Shown in pieces: positions 1 to 13,300 of a stretch of DNA of 64,000 nt (positions are counted from its first letter, which is position 1; every line of letters begins with the position of its first letter). A program made the position numbers and the translations under genes. The stretch is from Ostrea edulis (taxonomy: Eukaryota), in assembly GCF_947568905.1 (NCBI RefSeq), contig NC_079172.1:28892001-28956000 (forward strand), given 5' to 3'. Under the pieces are notes generated by a model. The model saw only the letters and a list, made by a program, of their open reading frames with translations, made no database searches and was not told where the DNA came from.

Positions 1-2840
1 CACACTTAAGGAAGTTAGCTACTTATACCTTTTGATTCCTGGTTATCTGAAATTTCAAATGTTTTGTAGATATCTTTTAAGGAACTGTGTTTGTATTACA
101 TATCAGACTAATTATCTACTATCCACGTGAAGAGGAGTGATATCAAGTATCTTGATTTGCCATCAATTTTCAGATAGATATGTTAGATATCTGACTAATT
201 TTTTTTTGCTGATATTACAGGGCTTTATATGAACTGTCTTGATATGCGATCAATTTTCAGATATCACGTTCAACGAAGTCAGCTACTTATACCTTTTCAT
301 TTCAGACATCCTGAAATTAAAATTGTTTTGTATATAGCTTAAGGAACTCTGTGTTTGTGTTAGATATCTGACTAGTTAACTACTATCTATGTGAAGAGGT
401 GTGATAATAGGTATCAAGATACCTAATATCACTCCTCTTCACGTGGATGGTTGTAAGTTAGTCAGATATCTAATACAAACGCAGAATTCCTCAAGATATT
501 TACGGACAACTTGAATCAAAAGGTATAAGTAGCTGACTTCCTTAAGGGTGATATCTGAAAATTAATTGTATATCAAGATACCTAATATCACTCCTCTTCA
601 TGTGAATAGTTGTAAGTTAGTCATATATCTAATACAAAAGCAAAGTTACTTAAGATATTTTCGAAAAAGTTGAAATTTCAAGTAACCAGGAATCAAAAGG
701 TATAAGTAGCTGACTTCCTTAAGGGTGATATCAAGATACCTAATATCATTCCTTGTAATATGTGAGATGGTAAATCATTGAAATATCTAACACAAACACA
801 GAGTTCCTTAGGATATTTTCGAAAAACCTGAAATTTTAGGTTACCTAGAATCAAAAGGTATAAGTAGCTGACTTCCTAAAGCGTGACATCTGAATATTGA
901 TGGCATATCAAGATACCTAATATAGCTCTTTGTCATATGTGCACTGGTAAATTAATACGATATCTAATACAAACACAGAGTTCCTTAGAATATTTGCTAA
1001 AAACTTTAAATTTTAGGTTTCCTGGAATTAAAAGGTATAAGTAGCTGACTTCCTTAAGCGTGATATTTGAAAATTGTTGGCATATCAAGATACCTAATAT
1101 CATTCCTCTTGACGTGGATAGTTGTAAGTTAGTCAGATATCTAATACAAACTAGGAGTTCCTTAAGATATTTATGAAAAACATGAAATTTCAGGTTACCT
1201 GGAATGAAAAGGTATAAGTAGCTGACTTCCTTAAGCGTGATATCTAAAAATTGATGGCATATCAAGATACCTAATATCATTCCTCTTCACATGGATAATT
1301 GTAAATTAGTCAGATATCTAATACAAACTAGGAGTTCCTTAAGATATTTATGAAAAACTTGAAATTTCAGGTTACCCGGAATCAAAAGGTATAAGTAGCT
1401 GACTTCCTTAAGCGTGATATCTGAAAATTGATGTTATATCAAGATACCTAATATCAGATCTTGTCATATGTGCATTGGTAAATTAATCAGATATCTAAAA
1501 CAAAGACGGAGCTCCTAAAATATTTTCTAAAAACTTGAATTTTCTGGTTACCTGCAATGAAAAGGTATAAGTAGCTGACTTCCTTATGGGTGATATCTGA
1601 AAATTGATGGCATGTCAAAATACCTAATATCACTCCTCTTCACGTGGATAATTGTAAATTAGTCAGATATCTAATACAAACACAGACTTCCTTAAAATAT
1701 TGATAAAAAACTTGAAATTTATGTTACCTTCAATCAAAAAGTATAAGTAGCTGACATCCTTAAGGGTGATATCTGATAATTGATGGCATATCAAGATACC
1801 TAATACCACTCCACTTCACATGGATAGTTGTAAATTAGTCAGATATCTAATACAAACAAGAAGTTCTTTAAGATATTTATGAAAAACTTGAAATTTCAGG
1901 TTACCCGGAATCAAAAGGTATAAGTAGCTGACTTCCTTAAACGTGATATCTGAAAATTGATGGCATATTAAGATACTTAATATCACTCCTTGTCATATGC
2001 GAGATGGTAAATTTATGAGATATCTAATACAAAGACAGAGTTCCTTAAGATGTTTGCGAAAAATCTGAAATTTTAGACTACCTGGAATCAAAAGGTATAT
2101 GTAGCTGACTTCCTTATCGGTGATATCTGAAAATTGATGGCATATCAAGATACCTAGTATCACTCCTCTTCACTTTGATAGTTGTAAATTAGTCAGATAT
2201 CTAATATAAACACAAATTTCCTTAAGATATCTACGAAAATCTTGAAATTTCAGGTTACCAGGAATCAAAAGGTATAAGTAGTTGACTTCCTTAATGGTGA
2301 TATCTGAAAATTGATAGCTGATGAAGATATTTAATACCACTCCTCTTTACATGAATATTGGTAAATTAATGAGATATCTAATACAAACATAACGTGCCTT
2401 AAGATATTTGCGAAAAACTTGAAATTTCAGGTTACCTGCCATCAAAAGGTATAAGTAGTTGACTTCCTTAAGCGTGACATCTGAAAATTCATGACATATC
2501 ACGATACCCAATATCACTACTCGCCATACGTATCGTTGTAAGTTAGTTAAATATATGATATAAACACGGAGTATTTACACAGATCTTGAAATTTCATTGT
2601 ACCGATAATCAAAATGTATAAGTAACTGATTTCCTAAAGAGCGATATCTGAAAATTCGTGGCGTATCAATTAAATGATACAGATTGAATTCAGACCTTCA
2701 TTCATTTGATATACTATCCATTTGGAGATATCTGCTACTTTTACAATTTGATTCGAGTTACCCTGAAATTTCAACATTTGTGTGAATACCTCAAGAAACT
2801 TTATGTTTGTATTAGATATCTGACAAATTTACGACTATAC
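1..2840. repeat. 177-bp satellite array (about 14 copies, plus about 2 inverted copies at the window start)
   Basis: The motif aaaaggtataagtagctgacttcc recurs at 853, 1030, 1207 and so on (period 177). Bases 1-415 carry the reverse complement (gaagttagctacttatacctttt). The array degenerates after about 2500. Confidence 0.95.
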
Positions 2841-3024
2841 ATATGGCAAGAAGTGATAGATGGTGTTTTTATTTTAAAGTAAACACTCAGTTGAAAAAGT
2901 TTATTCGTATTTTGCATTGCAACATTATGTAATTGGGGATAATTGAGCTTGAAATATCGTACGACTCCTCGTCCTCTTTAGAAATAAATCTGATAGATAA
3001 TAATTTTCAAACTCATTAACCTTT

Positions 3025-3220
3025 ATCTGGTAGCTGGCTATCAGTAATTAGAACTTTTATATTTTGTAGTAGCTGGCTATGAGTAGCTAACTTTTCTTAC
3101 TTTTAGTAGCTGGCTACTAGTAGCTAACTTTTCCTGGTTCAAGTAGCTGGCTACTAGTAGCCAACTTTTCTCTTTTTAAGTAGCCAGTTACTAGTAGCTG
3201 GTTACTAGTAGCCAACTTTA
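3025..3220. repeat. Short tandem repeat (about 35-40 bp) containing palindromic gctactagtagc
   Basis: agtagctggctactagtagc(t/c)aactttt is repeated about 5-6 times. Confidence 0.75.
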
Positions 3221-3372
3221 CCGATCTTCTTCTAGCATTAATTACCGGCGGTTGGTGTAACAGTTGTATACATACGATATGTTGAATAGGATTCGGCGTT
3301 TAATATTTACACCTTTCACTACTAAGTTTTGGACGATGTGAACCGGTGTTATATGCTACTTTGTTAATTGTG

Positions 3373-3377
<5 letters not shown>

Positions 3378-3433
<56 letters not shown>
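3378..3433. repeat. (TA)n microsatellite
   Basis: Uninterrupted TA run. Confidence 0.98.
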
Positions 3434-3440
<7 letters not shown>

Positions 3441-3690
3441 ATGATTTGGATTTGGACTGTCACTACTTAGACAAATTGACCGGAAAAAAGTACAATCATT
3501 TATCAGGCGGGGAAATCGAAGATTATTTCAATAGAGTCTATGTGTGGCTAGATCAAGCCCCCATTAATTAGTAAACGGTAACTGGAAATGTACGAGCTTG
3601 ATTCGATTAATTTAATTCACACACCGAGGGATCACACACTGCCCCACGATGTAGGATTTTGAGCTTTGGGTTCACACATTTGTTCCCATA

Positions 3691-3798
3691 ATCTCGGCTG
3701 AGATTCGGTTCGGCTGAATATTTGGACTGACGCATTCACTGGTGAAGGCGTCTGTAGTCCAAATACTGTATCCAGCCGAACCGAATCTCAGCCGAGAT
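3691..3798. mobile_element. Short palindromic (foldback/MITE-like) element
   Basis: The arms atctcggctgagattcggttcggctg and cagccgaaccgaatctcagccgagat are exact reverse complements, with a further inner stem. A degenerate relative lies at about 4635-4710. Confidence 0.6.
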
Positions 3799-3850
3799 CG
3801 AGCAGGGTTCCTAATGGTTTCGAAGTTCGCTTTATTCAAAATTCCAACCT

Positions 3851-6809
3851 ATGCATCATACTATTCTATCCCGTGAGGTGTCTTTCCCGTCCATTATGCT
3901 ACATCACCCGTACATTGGTATAAACACACGTAGAGTTATTCTGCCCTGGAGGGGCTCTCCGTTGTATGATGCCTTTGATTTTATTATTTTACACTTAATC
4001 ACTAAATTGGAAGAATTTATATTAGTACGCGTATAATTCATTTCGCAACAGCTGGTATGGAAAGCTGCAAATTCTTAATACGGTATTTCAAATTGCATTT
4101 TAGGATATCAACAATATTTCAACCATTTTGCTGTTGATGGTCTACTGAACAAGGATGGTTTTCGGTCCGTCTTGCAGTGTTTGGAGATGGATCCGCCCCA
4201 GTGTATCGTGGACGAGATGTTTGCCGAACATGACAAAGATGGTCAGGATCATTTGATTCTCCTATGTCTTTGTTTTGATAGTACATGCATATCATGTACC
4301 AGTGAATGCAGTTGAATTTCGGTATCCCGAACACCGATATTTTGAATACCATAGAAGTAATACTTATTCTTTAAATATTTCACCCTTGATATATCGAATC
4401 CTCGGATATCTCGAAGTTTTTTCTCGGTTCCATGGAGTTCGAGATAATAAGATTTGACTGTATATAGTGCTTTCTTATAAGTACGTTGTACAGACCCCAT
4501 TGTTCTGCCAGCTGATCAATACCAAGAGCAGACAAACACAATTAATTCCCTAATCTCGGTGAGGTTCATGGGTGCCCGAATCGCTTGTAAACTTCAGATG
4601 AGAATACACGAGGCATCTGGTAGCAGGAGATGGGCGCGGCTAGGCTTGGATTAGCCTTCAAAGGCGTCAGTCCAAATATCAAGCCGGTCCGAATTTCTGC
4701 CGGGAATATACGATGCTGTTAGCAAATCTATATAGCTTTCTGAGAGAATATAAGAATTTTAGCTTTGATATGTAGATAGGCGTCTTGACTGCGATAGACG
4801 CCTAAACTAGGCTTTAGTCCACATATCACATACAAGTCGAATATCGGAAATAGTATTACTTTCCATAATCAAGTTCTTATAACTTACATGTATAGGTGAA
4901 TTTATCATTATTATTATTACATGATTTATTATCATATAGGTTATCATTGTTATATAATTCATCATTATAATATTATATAATTTATCATTATTAATATATC
5001 ATTTTCTCATTAACAATATCTTTTCACAATTTGTACAGAGAATTCACAGCTAAACCAGGACGAATTTTACGAATGGATCAAAGACCGGGTGAAATCTAAG
5101 AATGAGATGAGGGACTCCCTAATGCAGAGTTTGGATATATTATTCCCTGAATCTGTGAAAGTGAAAATCGACGACCTCCTGGAAAAGCTGTCTGATCTTG
5201 GTGAACAATTCGACGAGTCGGAAGCGTCATACGCACGAATGACGCTGGAAGAATTCGACAGCAACAACGATGGCTGCATCGACAAAGCAGGTGATGCTGG
5301 CATATAACATTCTAACCAACTTTCTCATGGCAGAACCTTAATTCATATATATTCATACATAACCTCAGTCACAATATTGTTTATCGTAAAGGTGTGTGTG
5401 TGTGTGTGATATTGTTGTATTTAAAACTTCTGTTTTTCATTGGGCAATGGCAATGTTTAATCACATATGGCAAAATCACTAGCCGCGTATGGCAAATGAT
5501 CACATCATATGGTGAATGTCCACCGTATTATTCTAGGCAATATGTACAAGGGTGCGCTTGATTTACGAGCACTGTGTACACTGAAATAAAATAGAGTGGT
5601 GTAAACTTTTGTATAAAATAGAGAATGAAAAAAAGCAGAATCAGCATTTTAAAAATGTCTAGTTTTGTAAATCATATTAAACAAATCGATATATCGTGTC
5701 TAGAATTATGTATCTGGAACCATGTGCATTATCTATGGAACTATTTAATTTAAACAGTATTTTATAATGAAAATTTACAATAGGATTGGACAGCAGGCAC
5801 TGCCTATGCAAGTCCTCTCCGTAGAAGGTACAAGGTCATACAAACTTTAGAATATATAAATACAGTGTTACACAAAGGATACAATATGAACATTGCAATA
5901 TAACGGAGCTCGAACTTAAACGTCTACATGGCACAACCTGACCCCTGACCCTGACCTATCTGGAACTAATGTGCAACAAGTAAATTAGTGACTTTACTTA
6001 AAAAAGTAGACAAGTACACATACATCAATAATTAGGAATTTATTTGACCCAGGGGGTGTAAATCTCCATGTGAAAATAAAATTGATGATAGTTTTATTAC
6101 TGTTACAGAGTTAATGAATTGTTTCTACTCCAATGACGTACAAAAGCATGACAAGGAAGAAACAGCAGAAACGGATGGAAACCAAGCTACAGAAGAAACA
6201 CAAGAAACGGTGGATGAATCTGGAAACCAAGCTACAGAAGAAACGGTGGATGAATCTGGAAACCAAGCCACAGAAGAAACGCAAGAAACTGTGGATGAAT
6301 CTGGAAACCAAGCCACAGAAGAAACGCAAGAAACGGTGGATGAATCTGGAAACCAAGCTACAGAAGAAACGCAAGAAACGGTGGATGAATCTGGAAACCA
6401 AGCTACAGAAGAAACACAAGAAACGGCAGATGAATCTGGAAACCAAGCCACTGAAGAAACACAGGAAACGGCGGATGAATCTGGAAACCAAGCTACAGAA
6501 GAAACACAAGAAACGGTGGATGAGTCTGGAAACCAAGCTACAGAAGAAACGCAAGAAACGGTGGATGAATCTGGAAACCAAGCTACAGAAGAAACACAAG
6601 AAACGGTGGATGAATCTGGAAACCAAGCTACAGAAGAAACACAAGAAACGGTGGATGAATCTGGAAACCAAGCTACAGAAGAAACACAAGAAACGGTGGA
6701 TGAATCTGGAAACCAGGCAACTGAAGAATCCCAACAGGAAACACAAGATGGAAACCAAGCTACAGAAGAAACACAAGAAAATTCTGGAAATCAAGAAGGG
6801 GCAGAATAA
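3851..6809 (+). CDS. Calmodulin-like EF-hand protein with a C-terminal acidic repeat tail (about 370 aa)
   Basis: Exons 3851-3872 (tentative start exon), 4104-4241, 5039-5290 and 6109-6809; all introns are phase 1 GT-AG and the total of 1113 nt is in frame. Splicing reconstitutes the EF loops DKDENSQLNQDE and DSNNDGCIDKAE. Spacing and intron positions match calmodulin. Confidence 0.85.
4309..4460. mobile_element. Tc1/mariner-type MITE (ctcgagatatc family), short copy
   Basis: Termini are cagttgaatttc and gatttgactg followed by TA. It shares internal motifs (gatatctcgaagtttt, gagttcgagata) with the copies at 12121 and 26129. Confidence 0.7.
6176..6795 (+). repeat. Coding 45-bp tandem repeat (GNQATEETQETVDES), about 14 units
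   Basis: 11 full 15-aa units, one 12-aa unit and two degenerate terminal units lie in one open frame. Variation is mostly at third positions (gct/gcc, aca/acg). Confidence 0.93.
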
Positions 6810-9800
6810 TATTTTTTCTTCAGAGTTCTTTCCCTTGGGGAAGGAAAATCAACCCATCTCTATACCGAAAGTGAAATATCATATACTGCACAATGCTTCC
6901 AGGAAGATGGAAATATTCAACCATTCTGGATCTGACATTGGAATTAGTGATCTATTACAACTTTAGTTCACAATTTTAATTTCTCCAATAATAATGCATG
7001 AGGATTCAAATTACAATGATATTATATTTATCTGGTAAATGAATGCAGTTCTATGGGTGTTCGAAAGCAGCATAAGACTTGTATGTATTACATTACATGT
7101 ATTGATTTCAAAGAAGAGAAACTGTGCTAAAGTAGGACTATATTGGCAATTATAAGCATCAGAGACGCTTACAGTCATTACAGCTTCTAGCTACAGAATC
7201 CTCGAATAGTTATAACTAAATCCGTCCAATCTAGTCTCTATCTCCATGGTGACTATTTGTGATATTAGTTGTAGAAAACCTGGTATAATTAAACAGTGTC
7301 ATGTCCATAAATCTCTCCAATATGGAATCATGTGCTGAGAGTCTATGAGATACTATAGAAGTACTCTGCTCTGATTAAATTTTTATGTATTCCAAATGAT
7401 ATACAATATTGTGTTTCACATGTATGAATGCATTTTTTAAACAAGAGTATAAAGGCATTTTTTTTTTATCTCTGCGAAAGAGAAATAATTCTGCACTTCA
7501 TGTACAAATACAAAATGGATATTCATAACGATTTTTATTGGTTGTTGTATAGAAAATGTGACTATTTTATTCACTAAAAGTCAACAAATGATAACCTTTA
7601 AGGTGAATCTAAACATTTTTGAAGAAAATATAATTGTTTCTAAATATAAATTTAAGTTTTATATACATACATGTATATCTGTATTGCACCAATTTCACAC
7701 ACACACCCCCCCCTCCCTATATCATGCATGGTACAATCTAAGTTTTTATAAAATTAACACATGGTCGTCTTTTCAAACAGGAAATGTTTTCAAACTGATA
7801 GCAAGATTGAAGAATACAAAGAGAGAGGAAAAAAAAATTCAGAAAATGTTATTTTTAAATTATTATTTTTTTTACAATAATTTAGCATTTTATTGATGTC
7901 TATATATTTATAAATATAATGTAGAGAATAACTTACACAGATTTGAGTTCAGGTTGATTCTTCTTACTATATTTGTTTGTAATACTATAACTTGCTCAAG
8001 TGTTTTTATCTTATAATCTATTGATAGCTTATGTTGAATAGAACAGATGATTTCTGCCCTGTTAATCACAGTAGTGATGTTCACCATATTATATTTAGTA
8101 GTAAAATAAAATAATTTTTTCAAATATTAGTAGCAATAAAGAATGTTCAAATTCAAGGTCGTTCTCTTTTGACATGTGATTTGAAACCAATTGACATTTT
8201 TATTCCACAGAGTTTGAAGACAAGAGGTGTATTGTGTTTGTTCTGTCTGCAACTTATACTAAAAATTTATCATACCAAAGTAGCTCTTCGATTACACAAG
8301 ATGTTAAGGATTTCTCACTTGTATTTGGTGCATATAAATGGTCAGGTCAAAGCTGTTTGACAGAGAGGTCACGATTTTATTGTGTCAAGGTCAAATTTCA
8401 GATCATATACATGTAGTATTTTACAGAGAAGTTTCAATTTTAAAAATCTATTTAAGAGCAAACTTAAAAAGGACTACAGTCACTATATACATGATAAAAT
8501 ATTCATTAGCCAACGAAAAATTGATGTTTAAACCTGTATATTTTTACAGTGATATACTCAGAAGAAAGCTGGATGTAGATAGTCTAGTCAATTTATTGTT
8601 TATAGTTTTCATTTTGTGGTAAAAAATTGGAAGAGGGTAAATGATTATTTTTGGGTTTATCAGTTATCTATGTAAATACTATAGAAATACTGTGCATTTC
8701 GGTTAATATCTTAGTACATTTTCCTGCCTAGGAGAAATAAGAGGTGAATTAAACTTTACAGAGTGGCCTTTGTATATCTATCTGAACATTACCATATCCA
8801 GCAAAATTACAATTACTTATACTTAAGGCCATTTCTGAGTGCATGTTGCTTTTCTTGACCTTAAATTAATAAAATTTTGGTAGAGGTTATCAGAAAATTG
8901 GTCATGGACTGTCTCTAAAATCTTTATGCATTGATTTTTTTTCGTAAAATTTTGCATTTAGGTTCTATATGAAATAATCTATGCATACTAAAACATATAA
9001 TCCCAATGAAGTTTGTTTTCTCTTTCTTATACTACATGCATATGTATTCACTGCATCTTGATTAAAAAACTAGCATTTCCAAACTAAAAAATTAAACTCA
9101 GATTAACAACATCCATTTCAAATTAAAATCATCAATGGAAATAAATTTTCTGTTAACTGGTACAATAATTTTAAAAACCAGATCATGCGATCTTGAAAAA
9201 TATGCATTTTTTCTGATAGACTCGGCAAAAGTTAGGTCGGATTTACAGAGTTATGTCCCTTTTCTATAGTAATTTAAATAAGATATTAAATGATGCCAAA
9301 TTTAAGCATTCAAATCATCAGACTTTGGCAGACTCTTTATTACATATACATACATGTATTTTATATGTGCTAGATTTTATTAATACCATAAAATAATTTT
9401 TATTGTAATTAGTTTGAGATTAAGCCTAAAATTTTGCAAGATTGACTAGACTTAAGATATTTTACCACTGAACAGAGAAAAACTGTAATAGAAATTAACT
9501 GGTGTAGCAATGTATATTTATAGCAATGATTATCAAGTTTTAAGAAAAACTGAAGTTTCACTGGTAAATACATTGAAAGTACATTTATCCAAAAACAGGT
9601 GTTTCAATGGTCATGAAATAACTGTTATAATGAGCCTCAAAAGCACAATCACTGATAAAATACTGGTACTTCAATGATAACTGCAGCTATATCAATTAAT
9701 TTCGATTTTTTTTTTTAATGGAAAATTTCCAATTATTTTGGTTAAGGGTTTGATTTATTTCACCAGTACACATGAGTCTGCCCAAAGCTGTGCTGTATCT

Positions 9801-10388
9801 TTCCCAAAATAAAACCTTCACAGATATAGGCATGTTATCTACATGTGAATAAAATTGAGAAATCATATCACTTTTGATACTATGTATTTCAAATATTGGA
9901 TACAAATTCTATTCATAACATAAAAAAGAAAAAAAAGATACAGTATTTCTCTAAAGGTTTAAAATTCTGAATTTTTAAGAAGCCCAAAAAACCCTTCACG
10001 AGAAAACAAATTTCTCATAGATGAAAAATTAGCAGTAGAATGAACATGAAAAAAACCAAACATGTATTGAATTTATGAATAAATGTATAAAAAAAAAAAA
10101 AAAAAAAAAGGGACCAGAAACCATCACAATTGGTAGCAAATTTAGACCTATATAGTTCATGGTGTGTCATGACCTTTACTCAGTGTCATGTATGTCTCAT
10201 GTCAAGGTTATGGCTGCAACACATTTCTCTAAATGAAATGTGTATGTGAACCTTAAATTTGCTGGGAGGGTACCTGACCAGCTTTTATCTAAAAAAAAAA
10301 AAAAATCCACCTCAAAATATGAAGTGAATTTTCTAACAACTCCAAGCTGGTAAAAGTTTAACCACAGAACAGAGAGAATGGAATTATT

Positions 10389-13300
10389 TCATCTTTTATG
10401 AGTATGTCCTTGATGTACAAGTTGCAGAACTTTGTCCTTGTCTGTGACCTTGACACTGAATTCTGGAGGACACAGAGCAGCTCCCATGGTGATGCCTTCT
10501 TTTCTGTACGACATCTTAGAATGAAGGGTTGCCCGTGCTGATCCGTGAAATTCCTTTGCTCCACATCCATCTAAAATTCTGTTCAGATTACCTGAATTTA
10601 TTCCTCCACCTGAAACATATGCAATGATAAATTTTTGAATCAAAAGTTTGAGGTAAAGGTCTTCAGCATTCTTTAGCCCGTCCACACAGGTTTTAAATAG
10701 ACATTCTGACTGGGATATACAGGGGGTTTCAGATGTGAATCGAAGATTAAACAACCTGTAAACCACATGATAAGGGGTCCGTGATTTCCCCTCACAGCCA
10801 GTATGATGGCGGAAAATCACCATTGGGCAAGAAGTACATGCATGGTTGTTCACAAAAAAATTGACCCTGTAAATTGTAATTTTATGAAATACCATGTTGT
10901 ATTGATTTTTTAATATAACTGTATGACAATACCTCAAACCACGGATATAAGCTCAAAATTCATCCTATCCATTTCAAGTTAATTAATGGAGTAAAGGCAC
11001 AAGTTTGTGATTTTGTTAAAATAAGCATATTACGGATTTCTAACAGACCTAGGCATAGTTCCAAAGAGTTTTTAATAATAATCAATTATCATTTAATCAG
11101 AAAATTTGGATTGGAGGTAAGCTTAGGTTGATGTGGACATGAAAATTGATTGCAAGTCTATCTAATGAAGTTTGAATAATTTGGGTGTAATGCTACAGAT
11201 AATGACATCAAATTACAGTTAATTAAGATACAGCTAATTAAGATATAGCTAATAAGAATGAGTGTCTTAATTACCTGGCATCACACATGTTCTATCACCC
11301 GCCTAAAAATGAATAAAACACTGTTATGACATGCTGTTGAAGCAATACATTTAGACTCACAAATAATCTAATTTAAAACTAACAAAACTGTCAAATAAGC
11401 ATGATATATAAACAAGCATGTGCATGAGATGAATTTACAATATATGATGTCACAAGCTGCCAGTCACCATTGAATTGTCAAATAACCTTACTTTTCAAAA
11501 CCTGTTGGTTTCAGAAAGTATGGAGCACATGCATTAATCATGATAAGATTCCATAGATATTAATCTTTATTTCGTAATGTTGCAAATACATGCAACTATT
11601 TATCATTGACACCTATGGTCCATGCTCTCCATCGGAATGTGATATTTTCGACAGCTTTCAAGAACCACCACCCCCTCCCAAAATCATAAATTTTGTGGCA
11701 ATCAAGGTATCTAATAACAACGTACTTGTACAGTAGATTTGGACATATTTATGAAAATAATTTTCTGCAACAAATAAAATTATTGGAGGAACTTAATTTT
11801 CACAAGTGCATAAATTGATATGAAAATAAAAGCCTCATCAATGAAATAATGCATCAAAACTTGACTATTTGATTCCTGTCAAAGAACAGGGGAAAACTGG
11901 TCAACTGACAAACATGACATACTCTTTCAACCATTTGTTGAATCATGGGTAATCCTTCCAAAGCTGAAGATGATCCACCACTTGTCAACACCCGTTGAAA
12001 TCCTAGATCCACCACATCATCTAGAGCCTGAAGAATGTCACTTGTCATATCTATAGCTAAAATGATTACTTAAATATATTGATACATACATTCTTTATAT
12101 AATTTTTAATATCTGATTGTCAGGCTTCACCTCAATATCTCGAACTCGATGGACCGAGAAAAAACTTCGAGATATCGATATCTGAGAATTTGAGGGAAAA
12201 ATACTTGAAGAATAAGTGGTTGGGGCTTCCAAATCACTCCGACATATCCATGGTATTCGGGATATCGGTATTCGAGATACCGAAGTTCACCTGTATAAGC
12301 CACATCAAATTCATTTCTTTCATCAAATCTAGGCCAGTTCTGGCATTCCTTCAAAGATTACAAACTACCTCAAAACAAAATCATTCTATTCTAATCTCTA
12401 CATTTAGAATTACTTAAATTCTATTCTAATCTGTACATTTAGAGTTACTTACCTCTGTGAAATGTTGCAGGAAGTGGCCTGATTAAGTCTACAAAATAAG
12501 TGAATAAATTCAGTGATAAGGTTGATCTATACACCACAACTTATACTAATATAAAACATCAATAATTTTGTGCACTTTTCATACATGCCAACTTTTGAAA
12601 ATCCCCATGGGGGATTTTGCGCGCGACGACCTTTTTTCAACGCTCAAAATTCACGACATTTTACCATGAAAATAAATATTTGTCTTTTCAAATAAAATAT
12701 CAATCTAATCATTATACATGTATCATACATTAACACAACACCAAGTGTGTTTGACCATTGACTTGAACAAAACTATAAAAAAAAAACACTTTGAAAGATA
12801 TACATAAGTATTTTAATAAAATTATCTATTCAGCAAAAAATCCTCTCCAACAAGTCACATACAAATATCAAATAATACTTAAAGTTGCATCCTTTTACAC
12901 CATATACACATTGGCTGGTCTATATATATCAAAATTTAAATTGAAGCACATGCATTTAGGTACGACTACACAGGCGATCTTGATTGTCTGTAAACAATTT
13001 CATGGGCTTGCAGAGTCTGGTGGAACAATCTGCATTGCAACCAGAAAAGGAGTAGTCTGCCCTGCTATGAAGTTTGCGAACAAAACCTTTGCACCCATGA
13101 CATCTGAAATAATTATCAGGAAAAAACACATCAAAATATACGTTTTTACTTGTAAATTAAAGCTACTTGCAAATATAAAATTCAGTACAGACTTGTGCGA
13201 ATTACGCATCACAGAGTCTATTGAATACTACACTATATAGACTATGTAATACATCGCTATAGACAGATAGATTCGGATAGCCTATATTATTATAGTTGGA

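Noticed and set aside
933-1280. 115-aa minus-strand ORF in the 177-bp satellite
   Set aside because: Chance open frame across two monomers (177 is divisible by 3); other monomers contain stops.
3368-3571. ORF through the TA microsatellite as a first exon of the calmodulin-like gene
   Set aside because: No ATG start and no phase-1 donor in frame.
6111-6966. Long ORFs on the minus strand and in the other + frame over the 45-bp repeat
   Set aside because: These are shadows of a stop-free repeat. Only the acidic frame is in phase with the acceptor that completes EF-hand 4.
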